Assembly (NCBI GenBank): GCA_905233745.1 | Contig: CAJODA010000002.1 | Span: 1,916-65,915, forward strand | Reading direction: 5' to 3' | DNA: 64,000 nt | Source: an uncultured Bacteroidales bacterium | Lineage (GTDB): Bacteria > Bacteroidota > Bacteroidia > Bacteroidales > WCHB1-69 | The notes under the pieces: model-generated | Told to the model about the DNA's origin: nothing | Database searches by the model: none | The model's input: the letters and a program-made list of their open reading frames with translations, nothing else | Made by a program: the position numbers and the translations under genes | Part shown: piece by piece, positions 37,984 through 46,672 of the stretch | Layout: the number at the start of each line of letters is the position of its first letter | How positions within the stretch are numbered: the first letter of the stretch is position 1

Positions 37984-39333
37984 ATGACAGATAAAATAAA
38001 TTTTACCCCGGATTATGGTGAAAAAGCCACTCCCTCTTCCATCATCAAAGTGATTGGCGTAGGTGGAGGCGGCAGCAATGCAGTAAAACACATGTACAGC
38101 GAAGGCATCGTCGGCGTTGACTTCCTGATTTGCAACACAGACCGTGGTCACTTGGAAAGCACCCCTGTTCCCGACAAACTGTTGTTGGGCAACGGCCTTG
38201 GTGCCGGCGCACAACCCGAAGTTGCCCGCCAATACGCTATGGAAAGCAAAGAGCGCATCCAAGAGTTCATCGGCAAGGAGACTCGCATGCTCTTCATCAC
38301 CGCCGGTATGGGTAAAGGCACAGGCACTGGAGCATCACCCGTGATTGCAGAGATTGCCCACGACATGGGAATCCTCACCATCGGTGTGGTCACCACCCCC
38401 TTCAAGTTTGAAGGCATGGAACGTACGCGCCTTGCCAATGAGGGTATTTCCGAACTGGCCAAACACGTAGATTCCCTCATCACCATCAAGAACCAGAATG
38501 TCATCAAATATTACAACGACGAAGATCTGGACAGCGCCTTCGGTTACGCTGACGACGTGCTCAAAAACGCCGTGAAGTGTATCGCAGAGCTTATCACAGT
38601 CAACTACGCCCAGAATGTGGACTTCAACGACGTACAGACCATCATGAAGGATAGCGGAAAAGCCATGCTGGGTCTTGCTGTAGCTCAGGGTGAGAACCGC
38701 GTGGAGAAAGTGGTGCAAGACGCCCTTGACTGCCCGTTGTTGGATGAAAGCGCCATCTCCGAAGCTAAGAACTTCCTCTTCTTCATCAGCTACGGTCCAG
38801 ACAAGAAGCTCAAGATGTCCGAACTTGACAGCCTTACCGAAAAGTTTGAAAGAATTCAGAGCCGCAATGCCCGAGTCATCTGGGGACGCGGTCTGGACGA
38901 AAGCCTTGGCGAATCCATCAAGCTCTCCGTTATTGTCACTAACTTCAACTCCAACCCGGAGAAGAAACAGCAGGAGACGACCATCATTTTCGATGAAGCC
39001 AAGAAAAACGACGCTATATTCTCGCAAGACATGCCGAACAGCGACATCGAGAACCTCATTCCCAATATGAATGTCAAAGCAGCCCCGCAGGTTCCGAATA
39101 CGCCCATCGACCCTTTTGATTTCCGGCCGAACATGTCCGCCGACGGCCCGCAGAAAATCAAAGACGACGATGACATCTTTTCCGATTTCGACATGGTGAC
39201 ACAAACCCCCGCCATCAACCGCTATAAAATCATGGAATCCTCTGCGCCGACAGAGACTATGACCATGAATTTCCAGCCGATGTACGAAGGCAGCAATGAC
39301 ATAAGAGAGCTCTTTACTGATCTCGCTGACTAA
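37984..39333 (+). CDS. ftsZ: Cell division protein FtsZ
   Basis: Contains IKVIGVGGGGSNAV, the tubulin signature GMGKGTGTGASPVIA, NTDRGHL, and a long disordered C-terminal linker. Confidence 0.95.
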   Translation: MTDKINFTPDYGEKATPSSIIKVIGVGGGGSNAVKHMYSEGIVGVDFLICNTDRGHLESTPVPDKLLLGNGLGAGAQPEVARQYAMESKERIQEFIGKETRMLFITAGMGKGTGTGASPVIAEIAHDMGILTIGVVTTPFKFEGMERTRLANEGISELAKHVDSLITIKNQNVIKYYNDEDLDSAFGYADDVLKNAVKCIAELITVNYAQNVDFNDVQTIMKDSGKAMLGLAVAQGENRVEKVVQDALDCPLLDESAISEAKNFLFFISYGPDKKLKMSELDSLTEKFERIQSRNARVIWGRGLDESLGESIKLSVIVTNFNSNPEKKQQETTIIFDEAKKNDAIFSQDMPNSDIENLIPNMNVKAAPQVPNTPIDPFDFRPNMSADGPQKIKDDDDIFSDFDMVTQTPAINRYKIMESSAPTETMTMNFQPMYEGSNDIRELFTDLAD

Positions 39334-39350
39334 AAGTAATAATTATCAAG

Positions 39351-39385
39351 AAAAAACAGCACCCCTTTGGGATGCTGTTTTTTTT
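39351..39385 (+). terminator. Rho-independent terminator after ftsZ
   Basis: Stem aacagca(cccc) / (ggg)a-tgctgtt with a ttt loop, followed by a T8 run. Confidence 0.75.
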
Positions 39386-39434
39386 CACACCCCATCCAAC
39401 TTCCTGAACCCTAAAAACCCTTACCTTTGCCACC

Positions 39435-40511
39435 GTGCTCAGATATATTGTTAAGAAAATATTATACGGACTGCTATTGATGCTCGGTGTGGTAACACTG
39501 GTGTTCTTCCTGTTCACCGTGCTCCCATCCGACCCAGCCCGCATGATGATGGGCCAACGCAGTGACTTGCAAACGGAGCAAGCTATCCGGAAGGAGATGG
39601 GGCTTGACCTGCCGGTCGGCGTTCAATATCTTGCCTACCTGAACGATGTGTCACCGATCTCATGGCACAAAACACAGGATACAGAATCCTTCTTTTACCT
39701 GAATGACAACGATTATCATTATGTGAAAATCCTGCCCTTGGGCAAATCCGCAGTGGTGCTAAAGGCGCCCTATCTCCGGCGCTCCTACCAGAGCAAGCGC
39801 CCTGTTGGTGAGATTATAGCAGAGGCATTCCCGAAAACCGTACTGCTGGCTGTCGTCTCCATCGTGTTTGCCCTCATTGTAGGCATCATCATCGGTATCT
39901 TCTGCGCCCTGTACAAAGGGACCTGGTTCGACCACGTATCCTTGGTCATGGCCACCCTCGGCATGTCGGTACCCTCTTTCTTTGCCGCCATCCTCCTGGC
40001 CTGGATCTTTGCCTTTCTGCTCTCCGACATAACCGGACTAAGCATGTTCGGCAGCCTATACACGGTTGATGACTATGGCAGCGGACAGTATCTGGACCTC
40101 AAGAACCTGATACTTCCAGCCATCACATTGGGAATCCGCCCGCTTGCCGTAGTGGTTGAACTCACCAAAAATTCACTGTTGGACGTGCTGTCGCAGGATT
40201 ACATATGCACAGCGAAGGCAAAGGGGTTGAAGAAAAGCGTCATTATTACAAGACATGCCCTGAAAAACGCCCTGAACCCTGTGGTTACAGCCATCTCCGG
40301 TTGGCTGGCCGGGCTTCTGGCCGGTGCCGTGTTCGTGGAATATATCTTCGACTGGAAGGGCATGGGGGTGGTAATCGTGGATGCCCTCGACAAATACGAC
40401 TTCCCCGTCGTGATGGGCTCCCTGCTGTACGTCTCCATCATCCTCATCATCATCAACATCTTTTGTGATATTATCTACGGCTGGCTCGACCCCCGGGTGA
40501 GTTTGAATTAG
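39435..40511 (+). CDS. ABC transporter permease, Opp/Dpp (DppB-like) family
   Basis: GTG start giving MLRYIVKKILYGLLLMLGVVTLVFFLF, the usual DppB-type N-terminus. It has a long first periplasmic loop and an EAA-like region (TAKAKGLKKSVIITRHALKNAL). Confidence 0.85.
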   Translation: MLRYIVKKILYGLLLMLGVVTLVFFLFTVLPSDPARMMMGQRSDLQTEQAIRKEMGLDLPVGVQYLAYLNDVSPISWHKTQDTESFFYLNDNDYHYVKILPLGKSAVVLKAPYLRRSYQSKRPVGEIIAEAFPKTVLLAVVSIVFALIVGIIIGIFCALYKGTWFDHVSLVMATLGMSVPSFFAAILLAWIFAFLLSDITGLSMFGSLYTVDDYGSGQYLDLKNLILPAITLGIRPLAVVVELTKNSLLDVLSQDYICTAKAKGLKKSVIITRHALKNALNPVVTAISGWLAGLLAGAVFVEYIFDWKGMGVVIVDALDKYDFPVVMGSLLYVSIILIIINIFCDIIYGWLDPRVSLN

Positions 40512-40565
40512 CTTCAATTCTTTTTCTCTGCCCATCATTCGTACCCCCAGTAATCCGATTTTTTG

Positions 40566-40573
40566 TACTTTTG
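40566..40573 (+). promoter_or_regulatory. -7 promoter box TACTTTTG (distal) for purA
   Basis: Matches TAnnTTTG, 34 nt upstream of the purA ATG. Confidence 0.55.
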
Positions 40574-40593
40574 CAGCACGATAAAAACGGAGA

Positions 40594-40601
40594 TATTTTT
40601 G
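40594..40601 (+). promoter_or_regulatory. Second -7-like box TATTTTTG, 6 nt from the purA ATG
   Basis: Matches TAnnTTTG. The spacing would place the transcription start at or next to the ATG. Confidence 0.4.
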
Positions 40602-40607
40602 CATTTT

Positions 40608-41888
40608 ATGGAAAAACAGAAAATAGACATTTTGCTCGGCTTGCAATGGGGGGACGAGGGCAAAGGTAAAATCGTGGATGTGGTCACCCCGCATTATGAT
40701 GTTGTGGCACGATTCCAGGGTGGTCCCAACGCCGGCCATTCTCTGGAATTCAACGGCATACGCCACGTGCTCCACATCATCCCCTCCGGTATCTTTCACA
40801 AGGAGAAGACCAACATCATAGGCAACGGAGTTGTCATCGACCCCGTCACCTTTGAGGAGGAAATCCGTGCGCTGGAGGCCATGGGACTCACCCCCACCGA
40901 CAACCTTTTCGTTTCTAAAAAGGCACACCTCATTCTGCCCACGCACAAGTTGCTGGATGCCGCCTACGAATCCCAAAAGGGCGATATGAAAATCGGCTCC
41001 ACTCTCAAGGGTATCGGACCCACCTATACCGACAAAACCGCCCGGAACGGCCTGCGCGTCTGTGACATTATATCTCCGAATTTTGAAGAAAAATACCACC
41101 AGACCATTGCCCGTCATCAAGAGATTCTGGACGGACTCCATTTCGACTACAGCCAAACACTGCCAGAAATGGAGCGCAAATGGATGGATTCTTTGGCCAC
41201 CTTGAAATCTTTCACGTTCATTGACAGTGAATACGAACTGTTCGACCTCCTCCAAAAGGGCAAATCCGTTTTGGCCGAGGGAGCCCAAGGCACATTGCTG
41301 GACCTGGAGTTTGGTGCATATCCGTTTGTCACCTCCTCCAACACCATTGCCGCCGGAGCCTTTACCGGTTTGGGCCTTGACCCGCATTTTGCCGGAAAGG
41401 TTATCGGCATTGTGAAAGCCTACTGTACCCGTGTGGGTAGCGGTCCCTTCCCCACAGAACTGTTCGATACCACCGGTGAACAGCTGCGCAAACAGGGCAA
41501 TGAATATGGCGCCACCACCGGACGTCCGCGCCGTTGCGGATGGCTTGACCTCGTGGCTCTCAAGTACGCCCTCATGGTGAACGGTGTCACCGACATCGCC
41601 CTCACGAAAGCCGATGTAATGGACAATTTCGAGACTATCAATATCTGCACCGCTTACAAGGTCAACGGTCAGCTTACCACCAGAATGCCCACCGACCCGG
41701 ATGCCACAATAGAGCCCGTTTACACACCACTGAAAGGCTGGATGCAGAACATCAGCCAGTGCAAAAGCTATGAGGCACTACCTGCGACCTTCAAGGATTA
41801 TATCCGATTCATCGAAGAAGAGACCCGAACCAAAGTCTCCATCGTTTCTGTCGGCCCAGACCGCGACGCTACCATTTTCAGAGAATAA
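40608..41888 (+). CDS. purA: Adenylosuccinate synthase
   Basis: Start reset to MEKQKIDILLGLQWGDEGKGKIVD. GPNAGH, TTGRPRRCGW and the C-terminal SVGPDR are present. Confidence 0.95.
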   Translation: MEKQKIDILLGLQWGDEGKGKIVDVVTPHYDVVARFQGGPNAGHSLEFNGIRHVLHIIPSGIFHKEKTNIIGNGVVIDPVTFEEEIRALEAMGLTPTDNLFVSKKAHLILPTHKLLDAAYESQKGDMKIGSTLKGIGPTYTDKTARNGLRVCDIISPNFEEKYHQTIARHQEILDGLHFDYSQTLPEMERKWMDSLATLKSFTFIDSEYELFDLLQKGKSVLAEGAQGTLLDLEFGAYPFVTSSNTIAAGAFTGLGLDPHFAGKVIGIVKAYCTRVGSGPFPTELFDTTGEQLRKQGNEYGATTGRPRRCGWLDLVALKYALMVNGVTDIALTKADVMDNFETINICTAYKVNGQLTTRMPTDPDATIEPVYTPLKGWMQNISQCKSYEALPATFKDYIRFIEEETRTKVSIVSVGPDRDATIFRE

Positions 41889-41894
41889 CCTGAC

Positions 41895-44800
41895 ATGTAC
41901 AAGCATCTTCTCGTTATCTGCACCCTGATTTGGTGTTTGTTCCTACCCACAAACAGCCAAGGGCAGTCGTTAGCGGATGAGCAGGCTTTTGTCTCCTCTC
42001 TCCAAGAGCAAGTACAATATCAATATCAGCAATACCGGAACCGCAATGTGCCCATCTGTTCCCTGTCTGTTCAAATTGAAAGTACAGACGATTACATTAT
42101 GGCATCATCCATGGGTAGCCTAACGCGCAATCTGCACCAAACCCGGCGTACGCTCGTTTTGAATATGCTCGTTGGGGATTTGCAAAAAGGCAATATTACC
42201 AGCGGAACTTCAGCTGGCAAAACAATCCTCCTGCCCCTTGATTATAACACTCAAGCCATCAAACGGATACTGGACCGCGAGGTCAGGGCGGTTTATAATA
42301 AAGCTGAAAAAGAATTTCTGAGCCGACAGGATCTGGAATGGATAGAGAAAAGAGACTCCGAACCATATCAGCCGGAAATCGAGGAACCCACAATCACCGA
42401 TGTAACACTCCCCTCCAATGCAGAGATTTCCACAGATGCATGCGCAGCTATGCTGAGAAGAAGCACCTCTCTGTGGAACACTTTCGGTTCCGACATTCAA
42501 GGCAGCGCCTCCTTACAATATATATATACACGTCACTACGGTTTTCAAAGCAACGGAACCGTTTCCATTAAAGAGAACCATGCCACCACTCTTACCCTTT
42601 CGGCCATCATGACAGACAAGGAAGGGTTTGAGATTCCTCTTGAAAAGAACTTCCTGGCCGAATACCCCGCCGATCTTCCAGATGAAAACACGATACTACA
42701 GGAAGAGACCTCCCTGTTTGAACAGCTCCAACAGTTGGCCGACGTGCCCGCCGCCAAAGCTTCAATCTGCCCTGTACTGCTCTCAAACCAAGCGGCGGCA
42801 CTCACCCTTTTTGCCATACATCACATCTATCCTTTCAATGATAATCAGCAATTTGCTATAAAACAGGACCCCTCACATTTTACGATAATCGCCAACAATG
42901 CCACCAGAGAGCATGAATTACTCCAACGCTTGAAGCAAACCATCAAAAGCCAGAACAAGGAATTCGGCTATTGGATAAAGCTGTTGCGATTCTCTGAAAA
43001 TGGAGATTTGATACCACAAATCCTGTATCGGGTGTATCCTGATGAGCGCGCCAACGAATTGGTCCGCGGGAACATCGCAATCACCCTGTCGCCACTCACA
43101 TGGCCACAAATATCGGTTTATGGCAATGAACCCGACTGCGCCATAGCTCCCTGCGGACCCTTCAACACACAACCTACTGTATGTTGTGCCCCATCCGTTC
43201 TTTGCCCATCAATGGAACTTCTGCCCTGCCAAGGCCAAGCCAAGTTCCACCTGCTGGCTCCCGCGCAAAAGGAAAGACAATCCGCCAACTCACAGTTCTC
43301 CACCCTAATCACTCAAATCGCGCAGGAAGAGATTGGCAACTTTTTCGAAGACACCAATCTGCTGGATTCCCCCCAGCCTTATGACGTGGAATATTTAGTC
43401 ACAGACGCCCTTACCTACACCGTGCAAAGCTCATTAGGAAGCACCCTGGCCTTCAGCGAACAGCCCCTGCGAAGTGTAAACACGCACCTGCTGGTGGGCA
43501 ACGACCGGCTAAACAATGAACATCTCTCGCTTTCGCAAAATGGGACTCCCCATCCTTTGCCATTGGATAATGATTATGCCAACACCCTTGAGGCTCTGCA
43601 TCAAGCCACTGAAAATGCATACAAGCAGGCGCTTCTCGACTATTCCCACAAGCTCAGAATCCTGGACAATCTGCCAGCCGAGCAACAGAAAAACCGGACA
43701 CCCGACCGCTCTGAAGCCAAACGGCAGTCCTTCTTCCTGGAGGAGACCCACGAAACCGCAAACCCGACCCGACTGCAGAACCTCGCCAATGAGCTATCAG
43801 CCCAATTCAATCCCAAAGCAGACGAATTGCTTTGTTCGGGAGTAAACATCTTTGTCTTTCAATCCACTGCATATTTTATCTCTGCAAAGAACATCCAATA
43901 CGCCCAACCTTTCAATCTCTACTATATCCAATGGTTTGCCGAGGTGGAAACAGCAGGGGGAGACACGTTAAGGGATTGTTCTTACCGGGTTTTTCGCAAA
44001 ATGGAGGAAATCCCTGACTTGCGCAACGAGATAACAGCCATGGCAGAAATCCTGCTGACCTTTAAAAAGGCTCCGAAATTGCCCCAATTATACAACGGTC
44101 CTGTACTCTTTTCCGGGGAGGCGGTATCCGCATTGCTATCAGATGCTCTATTAGAAGGGACGCCCTCGCTTATCGCCACGCACGAACCCGCAGACAAGAC
44201 AGGCTATTCTGCCAATTATTGGGAAAAAATGAAAAACAAGCAGATTGCCAGTCCTATTTGGAACGTATCAGCGAATTATGATAAGGACACCTATGACAAC
44301 ACGCCGCTAATAGGCCACTATACTGTGGATGCGGAAGGAGTTCCCGTAATGCGGGAGACAGAACTGATCCGCCGTGGGATCCTGAACGAGATGCTCTCTT
44401 CCCGCAGTGCTACAGTTACTGGAAAATACTCTAACGGGCACCGACAGCTGGCCATATGCAATGGCCAGTTGGAAACCTGCACCGGAGCAGGAATACTGGA
44501 GGTGAGCGGCTCACGTGCCCTGGAAGAGGACGCCTTATTCAAAGAGTTCCTCAAACAGGCCAGGGCGTCCGGCCATAAGTACGCCTACCAGATTGTTAAG
44601 CTGGGCTATCGTGAAGATCAAAATGGGCAACGTGTCGCCTGCCCTCTCTATGCTTACCGAATCAAAACATCCAACGGAAACAGGGAGCCCATCCGTATCT
44701 CAAACGGGGAGCAAATGGACCTCATGTTGCTAAATCGTGCTACAGCCGTATCTTCTTGCAAAAATGTTTTCAACATACTAACCTCCCCGCAAGGCAAAGC

Positions 44801-44897
44801 ATGTAAATCGATGGAAACACCTATAAATGGCATTTCTACGAGCATTATAGTTCCTGCCCATGTGTTATTGAACCTTTTCCTCCTCCCTCCGGAATAA
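41895..44897 (+). CDS. Exported 1000-aa protein with two tandem TldD/PmbA-like modules (metallopeptidase-TldD-related, no HExxxH)
   Basis: Signal peptide MYKHLLVICTLIWCLFLPTNSQGQ. An internal duplication is visible by eye (see findings). The C-terminal module carries the PmbA/TldD-like block GPVLFSGEAVSALL...IGHYTVDAEGVPVMRETELIRRGIL...TGKYSNG. It starts 6 nt after purA. Confidence 0.5.
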   Translation: MYKHLLVICTLIWCLFLPTNSQGQSLADEQAFVSSLQEQVQYQYQQYRNRNVPICSLSVQIESTDDYIMASSMGSLTRNLHQTRRTLVLNMLVGDLQKGNITSGTSAGKTILLPLDYNTQAIKRILDREVRAVYNKAEKEFLSRQDLEWIEKRDSEPYQPEIEEPTITDVTLPSNAEISTDACAAMLRRSTSLWNTFGSDIQGSASLQYIYTRHYGFQSNGTVSIKENHATTLTLSAIMTDKEGFEIPLEKNFLAEYPADLPDENTILQEETSLFEQLQQLADVPAAKASICPVLLSNQAAALTLFAIHHIYPFNDNQQFAIKQDPSHFTIIANNATREHELLQRLKQTIKSQNKEFGYWIKLLRFSENGDLIPQILYRVYPDERANELVRGNIAITLSPLTWPQISVYGNEPDCAIAPCGPFNTQPTVCCAPSVLCPSMELLPCQGQAKFHLLAPAQKERQSANSQFSTLITQIAQEEIGNFFEDTNLLDSPQPYDVEYLVTDALTYTVQSSLGSTLAFSEQPLRSVNTHLLVGNDRLNNEHLSLSQNGTPHPLPLDNDYANTLEALHQATENAYKQALLDYSHKLRILDNLPAEQQKNRTPDRSEAKRQSFFLEETHETANPTRLQNLANELSAQFNPKADELLCSGVNIFVFQSTAYFISAKNIQYAQPFNLYYIQWFAEVETAGGDTLRDCSYRVFRKMEEIPDLRNEITAMAEILLTFKKAPKLPQLYNGPVLFSGEAVSALLSDALLEGTPSLIATHEPADKTGYSANYWEKMKNKQIASPIWNVSANYDKDTYDNTPLIGHYTVDAEGVPVMRETELIRRGILNEMLSSRSATVTGKYSNGHRQLAICNGQLETCTGAGILEVSGSRALEEDALFKEFLKQARASGHKYAYQIVKLGYREDQNGQRVACPLYAYRIKTSNGNREPIRISNGEQMDLMLLNRATAVSSCKNVFNILTSPQGKACKSMETPINGISTSIIVPAHVLLNLFLLPPE

Positions 44898-44951
44898 GAA
44901 AATTGTTGAAAAAAAAATCTTTTCCCCTATAGCGAAAAAAAACTATTTGTC

Positions 44952-44959
44952 TATTTTTG
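44952..44959 (+). promoter_or_regulatory. -7 promoter box TATTTTTG for pyrBI
   Basis: Matches TAnnTTTG, 68 nt upstream of the pyrB start. This implies an unusually long leader for this window. Confidence 0.5.
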
Positions 44960-45014
44960 CATTGACTTTGGATTGAGGGGAACTGACGCGATATTCATAA
45001 TCAATTAAAATATA

Positions 45015-45020
45015 AGGAGG
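45015..45020 (+). promoter_or_regulatory. Shine-Dalgarno-like AGGAGG upstream of pyrB
   Basis: A perfect AGGAGG lies 7 nt before the TTG start at 45028. Confidence 0.5.
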
Positions 45021-45027
45021 CTTTATT

Positions 45028-45951
45028 TTGTTAAAAAACAGATGCTTAATAGACCCTGCGGATTTCACTCGCGAAGAATTTCGCGAAATATTTGATTTGG
45101 CACATCAGATTATTGCGGATCCGGAAAAATACAGTAAGAGTTGCGAAGGGAAAATCCTAGCAACTCTTTTTTATGAACCGAGCACACGTACACGCTTCAG
45201 TTTTGAGGCAGCCATGTTGCGTCTAGGCGGTAAGGTGATTGGCTTTTCGGAGCCCAACTCCAGTTCCACCGCAAAGGGCGAGAGCATTGCTGACACGTTG
45301 CGCACCATCGAATGCTACGCGGACATCGCGGCGATGCGCCATCCCAAGGAGGGTGCGCCACGTATGGCCAGCCACTACATCCAAATGCCGCTGATCAACG
45401 CCGGCGACGGCGGACACCAGCACCCCACACAAACCCTCACCGACATCCTCACTATTGAAAGACTGCGCGGCAATGTGGAAAACAAGACCTACGGATTCTG
45501 CGGTGACCTTAAGTTCGGACGTACCGTCCACTCACTGGTCAAATTCCTCAGCAACTATGAGGGAGTGAAGTTCATCTTCATCTCTCCCGAAGAGCTTCGC
45601 GTGCCGGAATACATCCGCGAAGAGATTGTAAAGAAAAAAGGCATCCCCTATGAAGAGGTGGACCAGATGGAACCCTATATGGGCCAGCTCGACTTCTTAT
45701 ACATGACCCGTGTGCAGCGTGAACGCTTCTTCAACGAGGAAGACTACATTCGCTTGAAAGACCGCTTCATCCTCGATGCCGAGAAGATGACCTACGCACG
45801 CCCTGACACCTACATTCTGCACCCGCTGCCGCGCGTGAACGAAATCAGCACTGAAGTGGATAGCGATCCTCGTGCCCAATACTTCAACCAGGCACGAAAC
45901 GGCATGTATGTGCGCATGGCCCTCATCTGCAAACTTTTAGGAATATATTAA
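45028..45951 (+). CDS. pyrB: Aspartate carbamoyltransferase catalytic subunit
   Basis: TTG start. There is no in-frame ATG near the conserved N-terminus (M)[16 protein letters not shown]. The motifs EPSTRTR, HPTQ, and HPLPRVNEI are present. Confidence 0.9.
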   Translation: MLKNRCLIDPADFTREEFREIFDLAHQIIADPEKYSKSCEGKILATLFYEPSTRTRFSFEAAMLRLGGKVIGFSEPNSSSTAKGESIADTLRTIECYADIAAMRHPKEGAPRMASHYIQMPLINAGDGGHQHPTQTLTDILTIERLRGNVENKTYGFCGDLKFGRTVHSLVKFLSNYEGVKFIFISPEELRVPEYIREEIVKKKGIPYEEVDQMEPYMGQLDFLYMTRVQRERFFNEEDYIRLKDRFILDAEKMTYARPDTYILHPLPRVNEISTEVDSDPRAQYFNQARNGMYVRMALICKLLGIY

Positions 45952-46044
45952 TCTGATATATGGCTATTAGCCGCTAGCTAAAGCCCAACAGCTAACTGCC
46001 TACAGCCAAAGTCTTAAGAAAAATCATCAAAAATCAGAAACACC

Positions 46045-46479
46045 ATGTTAGAAATCAACAGTATAGAAAGAGGTATTGTCATTGACCATATCAAAGCCGG
46101 TTATGGCATGACCGTTTTCAACTATTTGCATCTTGAAAACGCCGATTATAATGTCGCCCTCATCATGAACGCATTCAGCCTCAAAATGGGGAAAAAGGAT
46201 ATTATCAAGATCAACAATGTCATTGACATCAACTACGATTTTCTAGGTCTCATCGACCCTAATGCCACGGTGAACATCATTGAAAACGGGAAAACTGTAA
46301 AGAAGGTAAAGCTGGAAGTTCCACAGACCATCACCAATATCATTCACTGCAAGAACCCGCGCTGCGTCACCTCCGTGGAGCACTACTTCGACCATGTGTT
46401 CCATCTGGTCGATAAGGAGAAACGTTCCTACCGCTGCGAGTACTGCGATGATATCGTGGTGCCGTATCCGAACAAATAG
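46045..46479 (+). CDS. pyrI: Aspartate carbamoyltransferase regulatory subunit
   Basis: 144 aa with [10 protein letters not shown] and the zinc domain CKNPRCVTS...YRCEYCD. Confidence 0.9.
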   Translation: MLEINSIERGIVIDHIKAGYGMTVFNYLHLENADYNVALIMNAFSLKMGKKDIIKINNVIDINYDFLGLIDPNATVNIIENGKTVKKVKLEVPQTITNIIHCKNPRCVTSVEHYFDHVFHLVDKEKRSYRCEYCDDIVVPYPNK

Positions 46480-46546
46480 AGCTCGTATCTTCACTGCCAT
46501 AACGGAAAAATATTTCGCTATAAATTGTGAGGTACCAAAAAAAGTG

Positions 46547-46554
46547 TATCTTTG
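46547..46554 (+). promoter_or_regulatory. -7 promoter box TATCTTTG for tRNA-Cys
   Basis: Matches TAnnTTTG, 11 nt upstream of the tRNA 5' end. The core GTGTATCTTTGCCGC is identical to the box at 61931-61945. Confidence 0.6.
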
Positions 46555-46565
46555 CCGCGTCAAAA

Positions 46566-46636
46566 GGTCTCTTGGCCGAGTGGTTAGGTACCGGTCTGCA
46601 AAACCGTTGACTCCAGTTCGAATCTGGAAGAGACCT
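46566..46636 (+). tRNA. tRNA-Cys (anticodon GCA)
   Basis: A 71-nt cloverleaf with a perfect 7-bp acceptor stem GGTCTCT/AGAGACC, anticodon loop CTGCAAA, T arm TCCAG-TTCGAAT-CTGGA, and discriminator U73, which is characteristic of tRNA-Cys. Confidence 0.9.
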
Positions 46637-46641
46637 CAAAT

Positions 46642-46669
46642 AAAAAAGGAGCGATGGCGCTCCTTTTTT
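46642..46669. terminator. Bidirectional rho-independent terminator (tRNA-Cys / NlpC-P60 gene)
   Basis: Stem ggagcg / cgctcc with loop atgg, flanked by A6 on the left and T6 on the right. Confidence 0.8.
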
Positions 46670-46672
46670 ATT

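Noticed and set aside
40173-41387. A 404-aa minus-strand ORF spanning the permease/purA boundary.
   Set aside because: It is antisense to two well-supported genes and crosses their intergenic promoter region. It contains no recognisable motif. The same reasoning applies to the other long antisense ORFs at 1250-2230, 3513-4442, 5321-5980, 23978-24814, 38335-39204 and 30086-30937.
45952-46044. An unusually long (93-nt) pyrB-pyrI spacer, examined for a structured RNA or a small ORF.
   Set aside because: I found only short imperfect repeats (tagc / cagctaa) and a weak 5-bp hairpin. There is no ORF with a start context, no terminator and no promoter box. That is not enough to call a feature.
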